A program made the translations under genes and the position numbers. A stretch of 64,000 nucleotides of DNA from assembly GCA_950097015.1 (NCBI GenBank), contig CATNEN010000038.1, positions 21,886,001 through 21,950,000 of the forward strand. The letters run 5' to 3'. Source of the DNA: Macrostomum hystrix. Taxonomy: Eukaryota; Animalia; Platyhelminthes. Below the pieces are notes generated by a model. That model was given only the letters and a program-made list of their open reading frames with translations, made no database searches and had not been told where the DNA came from. Shown piece by piece: positions 26,620 through 40,687 of the stretch. How positions within the stretch are numbered: the stretch's first letter is position 1; each line of letters begins with the position of its first letter.

Positions 26620-29600
26620 ATGTCGTTTCGTGGCAGCGGCGGTGGTCGTCAGTTTCGTCGGCCGGGCGGCCAGTCCAGCGGCGCCAACCAAGATGCCGAC
26701 AGCGACTTGTCCGAGGACAGCCCGGACGAGCGTCGGCCAGTTAGCAATTCGAAGCCTAAATCTCGCAATCGACAAAGCGACGACGACGCCGACGGTGAAG
26801 ACGCATTCGAACGCGAGGAGCAGCGTCGGCAGGCTGATCTGCGCGAGCGCGACGAATTCTCTAAGCGCGTGCTCGAACGAGAGCGCGACCGGACTCGGCG
26901 AATTGGCACCGGCGCCGAGTCGTCCGCTTCCAAAGCGGCTGCGGATCGGCGAGCAGCCGCGGCGGCTTCACGCGACTCGCATCAGCTGCGCGAATTGAGG
27001 ACGCAATCGCGTAGGGAATACCTTAACAAAAGGAAGTACGACAAGCTGCAGGACCTGGAGAAGGTTTGTGCCTTGATAGAAATATTATACCTGAGCTCAA
27101 GAAAAATGTTTTTGTCCGTCAGCAACTCACTTATAATTGTAGTGAATCATAAAATAAAAAATCTGGCGGTACGCAAAACGTCCTACTGAGAAATTTTTGT
27201 TGCAGAGAAATATATATATATATATATATATATTATAAAGGAGTGAGTCATTATGACTCATATGTTATTTTTAGAAGCACTGTCACGTGAATTTATATAC
27301 TTAGGCACTTGTTCCCCGGTGTCAAAAGGCGGGAGTTTAAGCGTTTAGGCACTTTTTTATTTCCCACTCTTTCTCTCTTTTCAGCTCTTTCGGTTTAAAG
27401 ACTCCTTTCCTTTCGAGCTATAGCCCAAGTCTTAAATTCCTAATTTCAGGTTTTCCCAGAATCAGATTTAAAATTGTATATTTTTTAAATCTAAATAAGA
27501 TTTTCCCTGATAATTTATTCAATTTAGTTTTTTTCAGTATCTTTCTCAATAATTAAAATAGTTTAAAATTCATGAAAAATCATAAATGTATTATTTCTTA
27601 ATGTCAAGGTTGTCTATATATTTTTTCTTTTGCTTCTACTTGATTTTACCTTAGTTTTCAGACAAAATATACTATGCTTTTCTCAGCATCCTACTAGCAG
27701 TAGGCAGGTTCGACAAAACGAATATTTTTCTTGTTTTCAATTTTAATAGGAAGTGCTCGACGAGGACGCCCTATTTGAAGACGAGGAGCTGACTGAGCGA
27801 GAACGTCTACAGAAGCGCTCCAAGAAGCAGATTCTGGAGGTGGCGAAAGCGCACGTGGCAGCTGGCGATGAGCAAAAAATCGATCGATATTTTATTCCTT
27901 CGAAAGATCGACAGGTGAGAATTATTTTGCTTGTGTAGACTCCGGACTGGAACAATTTGTGTCCCACAATGGGTGCTCAGCATTAATAAGAGGTTATTAA
28001 GGGTAGGTGCGGCGTCTCCCCAGTCCATGGACTGAACAGCCAGCCGAACGCACCAGCCGAATAACACTAATTATTGCTGAAGGTCAGCGGGCAATGGCAC
28101 ATCATTTGGTGACTAGACCCACAGCCAGCGAGGAGGCAGTTGCTGACTCCTGACACGCGCACACAGATACTGTACGCAGACATACGCTCACACAGGTGTG
28201 TACATCTGCCCTGACTTTCTCATCGTCAGGCAGTGTACACTTTCAATGTGCTTTGGAGGCTGGTCCACAAGGGCGTGAATTGCAAGACAAGCCCCCAAAG
28301 CCTTTCCTTCGCTGCGCCCGAAGTAAATGTGGCCTCGCCGCGGAATCGAGCTCATGGACCTTGGGTGCGAGAGGCAAACGCAATAACTGTATTAAATATT
28401 AAACGTTATTAAATATATGTGAAATATGTTTTGACCATGCTGTCCTACATACACTACTTAGAGTGGCAGTGTAAGTATTTTATTTGATCTCCCCATTCTC
28501 AAGAAATGCCACAGATAAGAACCCCACGTCCCTACTCACAATTGAAATCCATTGTTTTTGTGCTCAACCGCAGATCGATGATCGCTACCTGGAGGATGAG
28601 CACGAGAAGGGTCCCCACGGCGAGCAGAAGCGCTGGGAATCGGAGCACCTTGCGGCGGCCACATTCTCCGTTGGCGCCAGAGACGCCAGACGAGCCGCTC
28701 AGGCCAAAGATGACGAAGACGGCGGCTACCTGCTCGACGACGAGATTGACTTTGTTCGCGCTGTCACAATGCGCGGCAGTCGGGAAGGCGACGACGACTC
28801 GGCGCAGGCGAAGCTGACCGAGGCCCAGAAGCGCCGGCTGAGTCTGCAGGAGACTCGCCAGAGTCTGCCGGTATATCCGTTTCGCGACGACCTGTTGAGA
28901 GCTATCGAAACCAATCAGGTTTGGTCTTTGTTCTATCTACCAGTTTTTCTATGCCTAGCCCTGGCATTTTCCTTAGTGTTACTTCCTAAATCCTAAAATC
29001 AGTTTTTTTACTTTGCATTTTTAAACAGTATTTATCCTCCTTTCCTTAGTCTTCATATTTTCATTTCCGAATTAGTATTTACCATTTAAATACTTAATAT
29101 ATGTTTTTACCCCTCATATTCCCCAACTCCGTCTTTATCCATTCTATTCCCAATGTCAATCAGTCTTTATCTTTTTCAATCTCAATCAGTCCTCATCTCT
29201 CGCATTATCAACCAGTCTTTATCTCTCGCATTATCAACCAGTCTTTATCTCTCGCATTATCAACCAGTCTTTATCTCTCGCATTATCAACCAGTCTTTAT
29301 CTCTCGCATTATCAACCAGTCTTTATCTCTCGCATTATCAACCAGTCTTTATCTCTCGCATTATCAACCAGTCTTTATCTCTCGCATTATCAACCAGTCC
29401 TTATCCCTCGCATTATCAATCAGTCTTTATCTTTTTCAATCTCAATCAGTCCTTATCTCTCGCATTATCAATCAGTCTTGATCTTTTTTAATCTCAATCA
29501 GTCCTTATCTCTCGCATTATCAATCAGTCTTTATCTTTTTTAATCTCAATCAGTCCTTATCTCTCGCATTATCAATCAGTCTTTATCTTTTTTAATCTCA

Positions 29601-32600
29601 ATCAGTCCTTATCTCTCGCATTATCAATCAGTCATTATCTTTTTCAGTCTCAATCAGTCCTTATCTCTCGCATTATCAATCAGTCTTTATTTTTTCAATC
29701 TCAATCAGTCTTTCTCTTTCCCATTCATAATCATTCCTATTCTTTTGCAGAAACTTTCTATTATCGTACCAGTACTTAATCCTTCACAGTCTTCTATTTA
29801 ATTTTTTCCCCATTATTAAGCAACTTAATCCCTATTAAAATCATTCCCAGGTGCTAATTATTGAAGGTGAAACGGGCAGCGGCAAGTCCACCCAGATACC
29901 GCAATATCTATACGAAGCCGGCTATTGTAGGGACGGCAAGAAGGTTGGCTGCACTCAGCCTCGCCGCGTAGCCGCAATGTCCGTAGCGGCCCGAGTCGCT
30001 CAAGAGATGGGCGTGAAGCTTGGCAACGAGGTTGGTTACAGTATTCGATTCGAAGACTGCACTAGCGAGCGGACAGTTGTCAAATACATGACAGACGGTA
30101 TGCTGCTGCGCGAGTTTCTAACTGAGCCAGATCTGGGCTCCTACAGTGTTATGATTATTGACGAGGCTCATGAGCGCACTCTGCACACGGACGTCCTGTT
30201 CGGCTTGGTGAAGGATATCGCCAGATTTCGCCCGGAGCTGAAATTATTGATTAGTTCGGCTACTCTTGACGCAGAGAAGTTTTCTACCTTCTTTGACGAT
30301 GCCAATATCTTTCGCATACCCGGCCGGCGCTACAATGTTGACATCTATTATACAAAGGCGCCCGAAGCTGACTATGTCGACGCCGCTGTTGTATCAGTGC
30401 TGCAGATTCACCTCACGCAGCCTCTGCCTGGTGACATTCTAGTGTTCCTAACTGGCCAGGAAGAGATTGAAACAGCAGAAGAGATTCTCAAAGAGAAGAC
30501 TCGAAGGCTTGGGTCCAAAATGCGCGAGCTGATCATAACTCCTATCTATTCAACTCTACCGTCTGATATGCAGGGCAAGATCTTTGAGCCAACACCGCCT
30601 AACGCTCGCAAAGTGGTCATTGGTACTAATATTGCTGAGACTTCGCTAACTATTGACGGCATTGTCTACGTGATAGACACCGGGTATAGCAAGGTGAGCA
30701 ATGGGCTTTGAGCTCGAAGAATCCCATACTAGAAAAAATTCTTATTAAATAATCCTGATTTGAAATATCATCCCAATCTCGAAAGATGATACCCATTCTA
30801 AGGATAATCCTAATTCTGAAGATAATCCTAATTCTGAAGATAATCCTAATTCTGAAGATAATCCTAATTCTGAAGATGATCCTAATTCTGAAGATAATCC
30901 TAATTCTGGAGATAATCCTAATTCTGAAGATAATCCTAATTCTGAAGATAATCCTAATTCTGAAGATAATCCTAATTCTGAAGATGATCCTAATTCTGAA
31001 GATAATCCAAATTTTGAAGATAATCCTAATTCTGAAGATGATCCTAATTCTGAAGATAATCCTAATTCTGAAGATGATCCTAATTCTGAAGATAATCCTA
31101 ATTCTGAAGATGATCCTAATTCTGAAGATAATCCTAATTCTGAAGATAATCCTAATTCTGAAGATAATCCTAATTCTGAAGATGATCCTAATTCTGAAGA
31201 TAATCCTAATTCTGAAGATAATCCTAATTCTGAAGATAATCCTAATTCTGAAGATAATCCTAATTCTGAAGATAATCCTAATTCTGAAGATAATCCTAAT
31301 TCTGAAGATGATCCTAATTCTGAAGATAATCCTAATTCTGGAGATAATCCTAATTCTGAAGATAATCCTAATTCTGAAGATAATCCTAATTCTGAAGATA
31401 ATCCTAATTCTGAAGATGATCCTAATTCTGAAGATAATCCAAATTTTGAAGATAATCCTAATTCTGAAGATAATCCTAATTCTGAAGATAATCCTAATTC
31501 TGAAGATAATCCTAATTCTGAAGATGATCCTAATTCTGAAGATAATCCTAATTCTGAAGATAATCCTAATTCTGAAGATAATCCTAATTCTGAAGATGAT
31601 CCTAATTCTGAAGATAATCCTAATTCTGAAGATAATCCTAATTCTGAAGATAATCCTAATTCTGAAGATGATCCTAATTCTGAAGATAATCCTAATTCTG
31701 GAGATAATCCTAATTCTGAAGATAATCCTAATTCTGAAGATAATCCTAATTCTGAAGATAATCCTAATTCTGAAGATGATCCTAATTCTGAAGATAATCC
31801 AAATTTTGAAGATAATCCTAATTCTGAAGATGATCCTAATTCTGAAGATAATCCTAATTCTGAAGATGATCCTAATTCTGAAGATAATCCTAATTCTGAA
31901 GATGATCCTAATTCTGAAGATAATCCTAATTCTGAAGATAATCCTAATTCTGAAGATAATCCTAATTCTGAAGATGATCCTAATTCTGAAGATAATCCTA
32001 ATTCTGAAGATAATCCTAATTCTGAAGATAATCCTAATTCTGAAGATAATCCTAATTCTGAAGATGATCCTAATTCTGAAGATAATCCTAATTCTGAAGA
32101 TAATCCTAATTCTGAAGATAATCCTAATTCTGAAGATGATCCTAATTCTGAAGATAATCCTAATTCTGAAGATAATCCTAATTCTGAAGATAATCCTAAT
32201 TCTGAAGATGATCCTAATTCTGAAGATAATCCTAATTCTGGAGATAATCCTAATTCTGAAGATAATCCTAATTCTGAAGATAATCCTAATTCTGAAGATA
32301 ATCCTAATTCTGAAGATGATCCTAATTCTGAAGATAATCCAAATTTTGAAGATAATCCTAATTCTGAAGATGATCCTAATTCTGAAGATAATCCTAATTC
32401 TGAAGATGATCCTAATTCTGAAGATAATCCTAATTCTGAAGATGATCCTAATTCTGAAGATAATCCTAATTCTGAAGATAATCCTAATTCTGAAGATAAT
32501 CCTAATTCTGAAGATGATCCTAATTCTGAAGATAATCCTAATTCTGAAGATAATCCTAATTCTGAAGATAATCCTAATTCTGAAGATAATCCTAATTCTG

Positions 32601-35600
32601 AAGATAATCCTAATTCTGAAGATAATCCTAATTCTGAAGATGATCCTAATTCTGAAGATAATCCTAATTCTGAAGATAATCCTAATTCTGAAGATAATCC
32701 TAATTCTGAAGATGATCCTAATTCTGAAGATAATCCTAATTCTGGAAATAATCCTAATTCTGAAGATAATCCTAATTCTGAAGATAATCCTAATTCTGAA
32801 GATAATCCTAATTCTGAAGATGATCCTAATTCTGAAGATAATCCAAATTTTGAAGATAATCCTAATTCTGAAGATAATCCTAATTCTGAAGATAATCCTA
32901 ATTCTGAAGATAATCCTAATTCTGAAGATGATCCTAATTCTGAAGATAATCCTAATTCTGAAGATAATCCTAATTCTGAAGATAATCCTAATTCTGAAGA
33001 TGATCCTAATTCTGAAGATAATCCTAATTCTGAAGATAATCCTAATTCTGAAGATAATCCTAATTCTGAAGATGATCCTAATTCTGAAGATAATCCTAAT
33101 TCTGGAGATAATCCTAATTCTGAAGATAATCCTAATTCTGAAGATAATCCTAATTCTGAAGATGATCCTAATTCTGAAGATAATCCAAATTTTGAAGATA
33201 ATCCTAATTCTGAAGATGATCCTAATTCTGAAGATAATCCTAATTCTGAAGATGATCCTAATTCTGAAGATAATCCTAATTCTGAAGATGATCCTAATTC
33301 TGAAGATAATCCTAATTCTGAAGATAATCCTAATTCTGAAGATGATCCTAATTCTGAAGATAATCCTAATTCTGAAGATAATCCTAATTCTGAAGATAAT
33401 CCTAATTCTGAAGATGATCCTAATTCTGAAGATAATCAAAATTTTGAAGATAATCCTAATTCTGAAGATGATCCTAATTCTGAAGATAATCCTAATTCTG
33501 AAGATAATCCTAATTCTGAAGATAATCCTAATTCTGAAGATAATCCCAATTCGAAAGATAATCCCAATTCTAAAGATAATCCCAATTCTAAAGATAATCC
33601 CAATTCTAAAGATAATCCCAATTCAACAGATAATTCCAAATCGAAAGATAATCCCATTTTAAAGATAATCCCAATTCAAAAGATGATCCTAATTCTGAAG
33701 ATAATCCTAATTCTTAAGATAATAGTAATTCAAAAGATGATCCCAATTCAAAAGATAATCCCAATTCGAAAGATAATCCCGATTCTAAAGATAATCCCAT
33801 TTCTAAAGATAATCCCAATTTTAAAGATAATCCCAATTCTAAAGATAATCCCAATTCTAAAGATAATCCCAATTCAACAGATAATCCCAATTTTAAAGAT
33901 AATCCCAATTCTAAAGATAATCCCATTTCTAAAGATAATCCCGATTCTAAAGATAATCCCATTTCTAAAGATAATCCCAATTTTAAAGATAATCCCAATT
34001 CTAAAGATAATCCCATTTCTAAAGATAATCCCAATTTTAAAGATAATCCCAATTCTAAAGATAATCCCAATTCTAAAGATAATCCCAATTCTAAAGATAA
34101 TCCCAATTCAACAGATAATTCAAATTCGAGAGATAATCCCATTTTAAAGATAATAAAGAAAATTCCACTTCAAAAATTATCCCAATTCGAAATATATTCG
34201 AAAGATTCACTGACAAAAAATTATCTAGTTAATGCAGATTCGTAAGATAATCCCATTTCAAAAATAATTTGAGTTTGCTTGGAAATCCTAATTCAAGAAA
34301 GACATTCTTATTTCTTTCCTTAATCCCAATCCTAAGAATTATCCCAACTTAGAAGAATCTACCAGAACTATTGTTTTCCAAGCAGACGGGGTGCAGCATC
34401 ATAAGAAAATAAAATATATAATTAGTGTAATTTCGACCCGCCGCCAGGTGAAGTCCTACAACGCTCGCACAGGCATGGAGTCGCTTCTAGTTCAGCCAAT
34501 CTCCAAGGCTGGCGCCGATCAACGCGCCGGCCGTGCTGGCCGGGTGCGCGACGGTAAATGCTTCAGATTGTACACAGCGTGGACCTACAAGCACGAGTTA
34601 GAGAGCCAACCAGTGCCAGAGATTCAGCGCACTAATCTAGGCAATGTTGTCCTATTATTGAAATCCTTGGGCATCAACGATCTGTTGCATTTCGACTTCA
34701 TGGATCCGCCGCCCAATGACACTCTGGTGATGGCTCTGGAACAGCTCTACGCATTGGGCGCGCTGAACCACAAAGGCGAATTAACTAAACTGGGCCGACG
34801 CATGGCCGAATTGCCGTGCGATCCAATGCTATCCAAAATGATTCTGGCATCGGAAAAGTACAAATGCTCCGAAGAGATCATCACCATTGCCGCTATGCTG
34901 TCTGTTAACAATGCCATCTTCTACCGGCCCAAGGATAAGGCTATACACGCTGACACGGCTAGGAAGAGCTTTCATCGTCCAGGCGGCGATCACCTCACAC
35001 TGTTGAATGTGTTCAGTCAGTGGAAATCAGCCTCCTATTCTGTGCAATGGTGCTACGAGAATTTCATTCAGCACAGGTCTATGAAACGGGCCCGCGATAT
35101 ACGCGATCAATTCGAAGGCCTATTGGAACGAGTGGAAGTTGACCTAGTGTCCTGCAATAGCGACTCAGTGCCTATTAGGAAGGCTGTCACTGCTGGATTC
35201 TTTTATCACACGGCCAAGTTTAGCCGAGACGGTTATCGCACTGTTAAGCATCAGCACACTGTGCAGGTGACGTCACGTTATCTAATAATAATAATAATAA
35301 TAATTGCAGGAGGGCTGCGGGCAATGGCACACAGACACACAGATAACTTACGCAGGCATCCGCTCACATAGGTTTGTATTTCTGCCCTGACTTTCTCATT
35401 GTTAGGCAGTGTACACTCCTACTGTGCTTTGGAGGTACTTGGCAATGCAATACAAGCTCCCAAATTAATGCGGCCTCGCCGCGGAATCGAGCTTAGGGAC
35501 CTTGGTGCGAGAGGCAAACGCGTTAACCGCTCTGCCACTGCCATCGGACCTCCTCTTCATCACGTTGTCAAAGTAAGAGAAGGCTTCGCAATTTACGCAC

Positions 35601-36039
35601 TTGAGGGCCAACCTCAGTGAGTATGAGCAATGCCTGATGATGAGAAAGTCAGGGCATAAGTACACACCTGTGTGAGTGTGTGCTCAGGAGTCAACGAAAT
35701 GGGAATCAATCAATCAGATATGAAAAACTGATTGATTTGTAGCCTAGTAACCGTTTCTTATCTGTTTGCAAAACTTAATTATCGAAACAGGTGCATCCGA
35801 ATTCGTCCGTAGTCGAAGATCGACCGCCGTGGGTTATCTACTTCGAGCTAGTCTTCACCACCAAGGAGTTCATGCGGCAAGTCATCGAGATTGATCCGCG
35901 CTGGCTGCTAGAAGTGGCGCCGCACTATTACAAAGCCAAGGATATCGAGGCCGAGACTAGGAAAATGCCTAAACAGACCGGCCGAGCAAAAGAGGATGTC
36001 ACAAGGGACTATTCGGCTGCTCCGGCAATTAAAGGCTGA
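26620..36039 (+). CDS. DHX16: Pre-mRNA splicing DEAH helicase DHX16/Prp2 (about 954 aa); exons 26620-27063, 27750-27914, 28574-28918, 29851-30693, 34448-35266, 35791-36039
   Basis: Motifs [34 protein letters not shown] and [11 protein letters not shown]16-typical [27 protein letters not shown] and [10 protein letters not shown]. All five introns are phase-0 GT-AG. Confidence 0.96.
28070..28385 (-). mobile_element. tRNA-derived SINE, family A copy in DHX16 intron 2
   Basis: cacacaggtgtgtacatctgccctgactttctcat ... gccgcggaatcgagctc shared with other copies. Confidence 0.75.
29150..29715. repeat. 26-bp intronic minisatellite (DHX16 intron 3)
   Basis: Unit atcaaccagtctttatctctcgcatt, turning into a dimeric variant toward the 3' end. 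Confidence 0.95.
30770..34150. repeat. 18-bp intronic satellite, about 3.4 kb, with higher-order structure (DHX16 intron 4)
   Basis: Unit aattctgaagataatcct. Marker variants ctggag and ccaaattttgaa recur together. Diverged cccaattctaaagataat units follow 33540. Confidence 0.98.
35310..35700. mobile_element. Two oppositely oriented SINE family A copies in DHX16 intron 5
   Basis: Minus copy about 35310-35545 (ctgactttctcattgttaggcag ... cgctctgccact); headless plus copy about 35575-35700 (tgcctgatgatgagaaagtcagggc...acacctgtgtgag). Confidence 0.75.
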
Positions 36040-36309
36040 TTGATTTTTTGCCTAGTTACAATTTTCTTATCCGTTTGCGAAACCAGATAATTAGCTTGTT
36101 AGTTTGTAAATATTATTGTGAATTTCAAAATAAGCATTTTTATAGTAAAACCTGCTGCTATATCAAATATTCCTCCTTATTTTTTTCTCAACAAATAACT
36201 ATTTTTAGCGGCAAAGCTTGTAACGAATATATTGTTACTTTTTGTGTATTTTCTTTTAAAATTCTGTTCTATCCGTAACTCCCATGACAAATAATTCCTA
36301 AAACAACTA

Positions 36310-38308
36310 TTCTCCCAGATCATCAGAATTAGCATCCACTCTGTCAGATCATCAGAATTAGCATCCACTCTGCCAGATCCTCAGGATTATCATCCACTCT
36401 CCCAGATCCTAAGGATTTTCATCCACTCTGCCAGATCCTCAGGATTATCATCCACTCCGCCAGATCCTCAGGATTATCATCCACTCTCCCAGATCCTCAG
36501 GATTATCATCCACTCCGCCAGATCCTCAGAATTGTCATCCACTCTCCCAGATCCTCAGGATTATCATCCACTCCGCCAGATCCTCAGGATTATCATCCAC
36601 TCTCCCAGATCCTCAGGATTATCATCCACTCTGCCAGATCCTCAGGATTATCATCCACTCTCCCAGATCCTCAGGATTATCATCCACTCTCCCAGATCCT
36701 CAGGATTATCATCCACTCTCCCAGATCCTCAGGATTATCATCCACTCTGCCAGATCCTCAGGATTATCATCCACTCTCCCAGATCCTCAGGATTTTTATC
36801 CACTCTTCCAGATCCTCAGAATTACCATCCACTCCGCCAGATCCTCAGGATTAGCATCCACTCTCCCAGATCCTCAGGATTATCATCCACTCTCCCAGAT
36901 CCTCAGGATTATCATCCACTCTCCCAGATCCTCAGGATAATCAACCACTCTTCCAGATCCTCAGAATTAGCATCCACTCTCCCAGATCCTCAGGATTAGC
37001 ATCCACTCTCCCAGATCCGCAGGATTATCATCCATTCTCCCAGATCATCAGAATTAGCATCCACTCTGTCAGATCCTCAGGATTATCATCCACTCTGCCA
37101 GATCCTCAGGATTATCATCCACTCCGCCAGATCCTCAGAATTGTCATCCACTCTCCCAGATCCTCAGGATTATCATCCACTCCGCCAGATCCTCAGGATT
37201 ATCATCCACTCTCCCAGATCCTCAGGATTATCATCCACTCTGCCAGATCCTCAGGATTATCATCCACTCTCCCAGATCCTCAGGATTATCATCCACTCTC
37301 CCAGATCCTCAGGATTATCATCCACTCTCCCAGATCCTCAGGATTATCATCCACTCTGCCAGATCCTCAGGATTATCATCCACTCTCCCAGATCCTCAGG
37401 ATTTTTATCCACTCTTCCAGATCCTCAGAATTAGCATCCACTCCGCCAGATCCTCAGGATTAGCATCCACTCTCCCAGATCCTCAGGATTATCATCCACT
37501 CTCCCAGATCCTCAGGATTATCATCCACTCTCCCAGATCCTCAGGATAATCAACCACTCTTCCAGATCCTCAGAATTAGCATCCACTCTCCCAGATCCTC
37601 AGGATTAGCATCCACTCTCCCAGATCCGCAGGATTATCATCCACTCTCCCAGATCCTCAGGATTATCATCCACTTTGCCAGATCCTCAGGATTATCATCC
37701 ACTTTGCCAGATCCTCAGGATTAACAACCACTCTCCTATATCCTCAGAACAGGATTAACAACCACTCTCCTATATCCTCAGAACAGGATTAACAACCACT
37801 CTCCTATATCCTCAGGACAGGATTAACAACCACTCTCCTATATCCTCAGGACAGGATTAACAACCACTCTCCTATATCCTCAGGGCTGGATTAACAACCA
37901 CTCTCCTATATCATCAGGACAGGATTAACAACCACTCTCCTATATCCTCAGGGCTGGATTAACAACCACTCTCCTATATCCTCAGGACAGAATTAACAAC
38001 CACTCTCCTATATCCTCAGGGCTGGATTAACAACCACTCTCCTATATCCTCAGGACAGGATTAACAACCACTCTCCTATATCCTCAGGACAGGATTAACA
38101 ACCACTCTCCTATATCCTCAGGACAGGATTAACAACCACTCTCCTATATCCTCAGGACAGGATTAACAACCACTCTCCTATATCCTCAGGGCTGGATTAA
38201 CAACCACTCTCCTATATCCTCAGGGCTGGATTAACAACCACTCTCCTATATCCTCAGGGCTGGATTAACAACCACTCTCCTATATCCTCAGGGCTGGATT
38301 AACAACCA
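36310..38308. repeat. Intergenic minisatellite: 29-bp units (to about 37735), then derived 34-bp units
   Basis: atccactctcccagatcctcaggattatc, then aggattaacaaccactctcctatatcctcaggac. Confidence 0.97.
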
Positions 38309-38462
38309 CGTGTTTAGCGCATTGTTTTTTTAGCCACTGTTCTTAGAGGGTTTGTTAATCATAAATTCTTGAATAGATTTTCTGCTTCAATATTTCCAGC
38401 AAGCATAGCAAACAGCTGTTTGAGCACAGTTACGTGATAATTAACAGCTGCCACTTCTGAGC

Positions 38463-39062
38463 ATGTCAAATTCACAACAATTATCGGGCCTCCGACCAGC
38501 ACCGCCTCAGCGGCCGCCTCCGCCAACAACTTCATCCTCAGCTTCGTCTTCTTCGGCTGTTCGGGCTGGCGAGAAGCGCACGGCCTCTACAGCAGAGTCC
38601 GGTGGTCGAGGTGGCGCTTGTGGTGGCGTCGGAGTCAGCGAAGACTCGGTTGCGGCGGCTATGGCGCAGCTCAACGACGAATGCGGCGACGACGTCGACG
38701 GCGGCGGCCGTGGAGTCAGCGATGTTGGCGGATTGATTGCGGCAATGAATCGAACATTCGATTTCCAGCGCGAGGATGACAAATTAGCCAGCTCAGATTC
38801 GGACTCTGAGCTAGATGACTACGGCTCCAGCTGCGGTGACAGCGATGGCTGCGCCGGCGGAGAAGAAGGCCTGGATCAAATGATTGCCGATAGAAAGCAA
38901 CGAGCCTTGAGACAGCAGATGAAGGACATGCGCGGACAACAGAAGATTAAGCAGCAGGAACAGCCGACGCAACCACCACCACCGCTGCAGCAACAGGAGC
39001 AGCAGCAGCAGCAAAAAGTACAGAAGGCCAAGTTGGCGCCCAGCGAAGACTTTGATTTATAA
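38463..39062 (+). CDS. Uncharacterised single-exon low-complexity protein (199 aa)
   Basis: GC-rich ATG-initiated ORF in AT-rich surroundings, with the same compositional style as neighbouring exons. Acceptor tatttccag at 38399. No family recognised. Confidence 0.7.
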   Translation: MSNSQQLSGLRPAPPQRPPPPTTSSSASSSSAVRAGEKRTASTAESGGRGGACGGVGVSEDSVAAAMAQLNDECGDDVDGGGRGVSDVGGLIAAMNRTFDFQREDDKLASSDSDSELDDYGSSCGDSDGCAGGEEGLDQMIADRKQRALRQQMKDMRGQQKIKQQEQPTQPPPPLQQQEQQQQQKVQKAKLAPSEDFDL

Positions 39063-39499
39063 TAGCTTTAAAATAAGCTCGTTTTTTATAATATTACATT
39101 TATTGTCCCTGTGCTAACCAAATATACTTTTTAGCTTTCTCATATTTGATCGGTCGCATGCAAAAAAAGAGAATGCCACTTCTTTGAAGTCTGCAATTTT
39201 AATTAGACTTTCATTTCAGACTATTTGCAAGCCTTCAATGTACTTTCCGTCCCAGCTTCCATTTCTTTTGTCTTAGGATGCCTGGTAATAAAAATATTAT
39301 TTTGTTGTTAACATTTCCCCCTGTGTGTTGGACTGTTTGCCTTTCGAGACACAAATTACGGAGTCCTTGAGAATATATCTAGCGGTCAAAGAATGTATTT
39401 TTCGCTTTCCTACACACATTTTTGTTTTTTTTCACATTTGTATCGTTTTATTTCTGTAAATCAATTTGTGAGGCGCGATGCGCGCTTACTCCAAATTAT

Positions 39500-39962
39500 A
39501 TTTCCTTCGAAGGAGTTCCTTAATTAAGTCCTAACTTGATTTCCTCCGAAGGAGGAGTTCCTTCGCTAAGACCTAATTTAGATTTCCTCCGAAGAAGGAG
39601 TTCCTTCGCTAAGACCTAATTTAGATTTCCTCCGAAGAAGGAGTTCCTTCGCTAAGACCTAATTTAGATTTCCTCCGAAGGAGGAGTTCCTTCGCTAAGA
39701 CCTAATTTAGATTTCCTCCGAAGAAGGAGTTCCTTGGCTAAGACCTAATTTAGATTTCCTCCGAAGAAGGAGTTCCTTGGCTAAGACCTAATTTAGATTT
39801 CCTCCGAAGAAGGAGTTCCTTGGCTAAGACCTAATTTAGATTTCCTCCGAAGAAGGAGTTCCTTGGCTAAGACCTAATTTAGATTTCCTCCGACGGAGGA
39901 GTTCCTTCGCTAAGACCTAACTTAGATTTCCTCTGAAAGAGGAGTTCCTTCGCTAAGACCTA
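39500..39962. repeat. 43-bp intergenic minisatellite
   Basis: Unit gaaggagttccttcgctaagacctaatttagatttcctccgaa; internal dyads aagga-gt-tcctt and tcctcc-gaa-ggagga. Confidence 0.95.
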
Positions 39963-40687
39963 GATTTTAATTTCTTCCAAAATCAAAATCTAATTTTAAA
40001 ATTTCATCTAACTGTTTTCGTTTACTGATTGACACATTAAGACTTTGACAATCAATTTTTGCTTATAGAATAAGTACAACTATTTTTAAACTTGTAAATT
40101 TTTACTATGTTTTTGTATTGAATACACATTTATTTTCTTATTAATCTATGCAACCCTTAGCTGCCTTCTTTAAATATCAAGCCCTTTTCCTTTTCAGTTT
40201 TCTTGAAACCTTCAAAACAGCCCAGAGAAACGCTTAATTACGAGTATACCTGTAACTTATTTTTTAGGCTGCGTCTGGTTCACATTGTTTTTCAATCCTA
40301 TAAAACAGTTTTTTAGCTACTTTACAATCTTTGTAATTTTTAATCAGTTCTGGTTTATACTCGTATTATATTACTTAAGCTAAAACTATAAATTTATAAT
40401 TTAAGCATTTTTTCTTTCAAACCGTGCTTTGCATGATTGTCGCAGTTCATTTTTCCTTCTTTTATGCTACAAAGCTATCAATATGTGCTCTTGAACTCGT
40501 CGTTCTTCCAGAGTTTGATTGCTTTCTCTCCGCTTTTAACTTGATAATCCTGCTGTTAAAATTTTAGCTTTGATGCTAAGCTTTAGCTCACGACTTTTAA
40601 AAAACAAAACTTGTTTGTGAAAACGCTTTTTTTGCGACGGTTTATCTAAAAAGAGTAAAAACATGCTTAGAATTTATTCTTCAAGGA

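Noticed and set aside
30650-34147. 929-aa and 958-aa ORFs (RIRIIF / ILILKI)
   Set aside because: Translations of an 18-bp satellite inside a clearly defined DHX16 intron.
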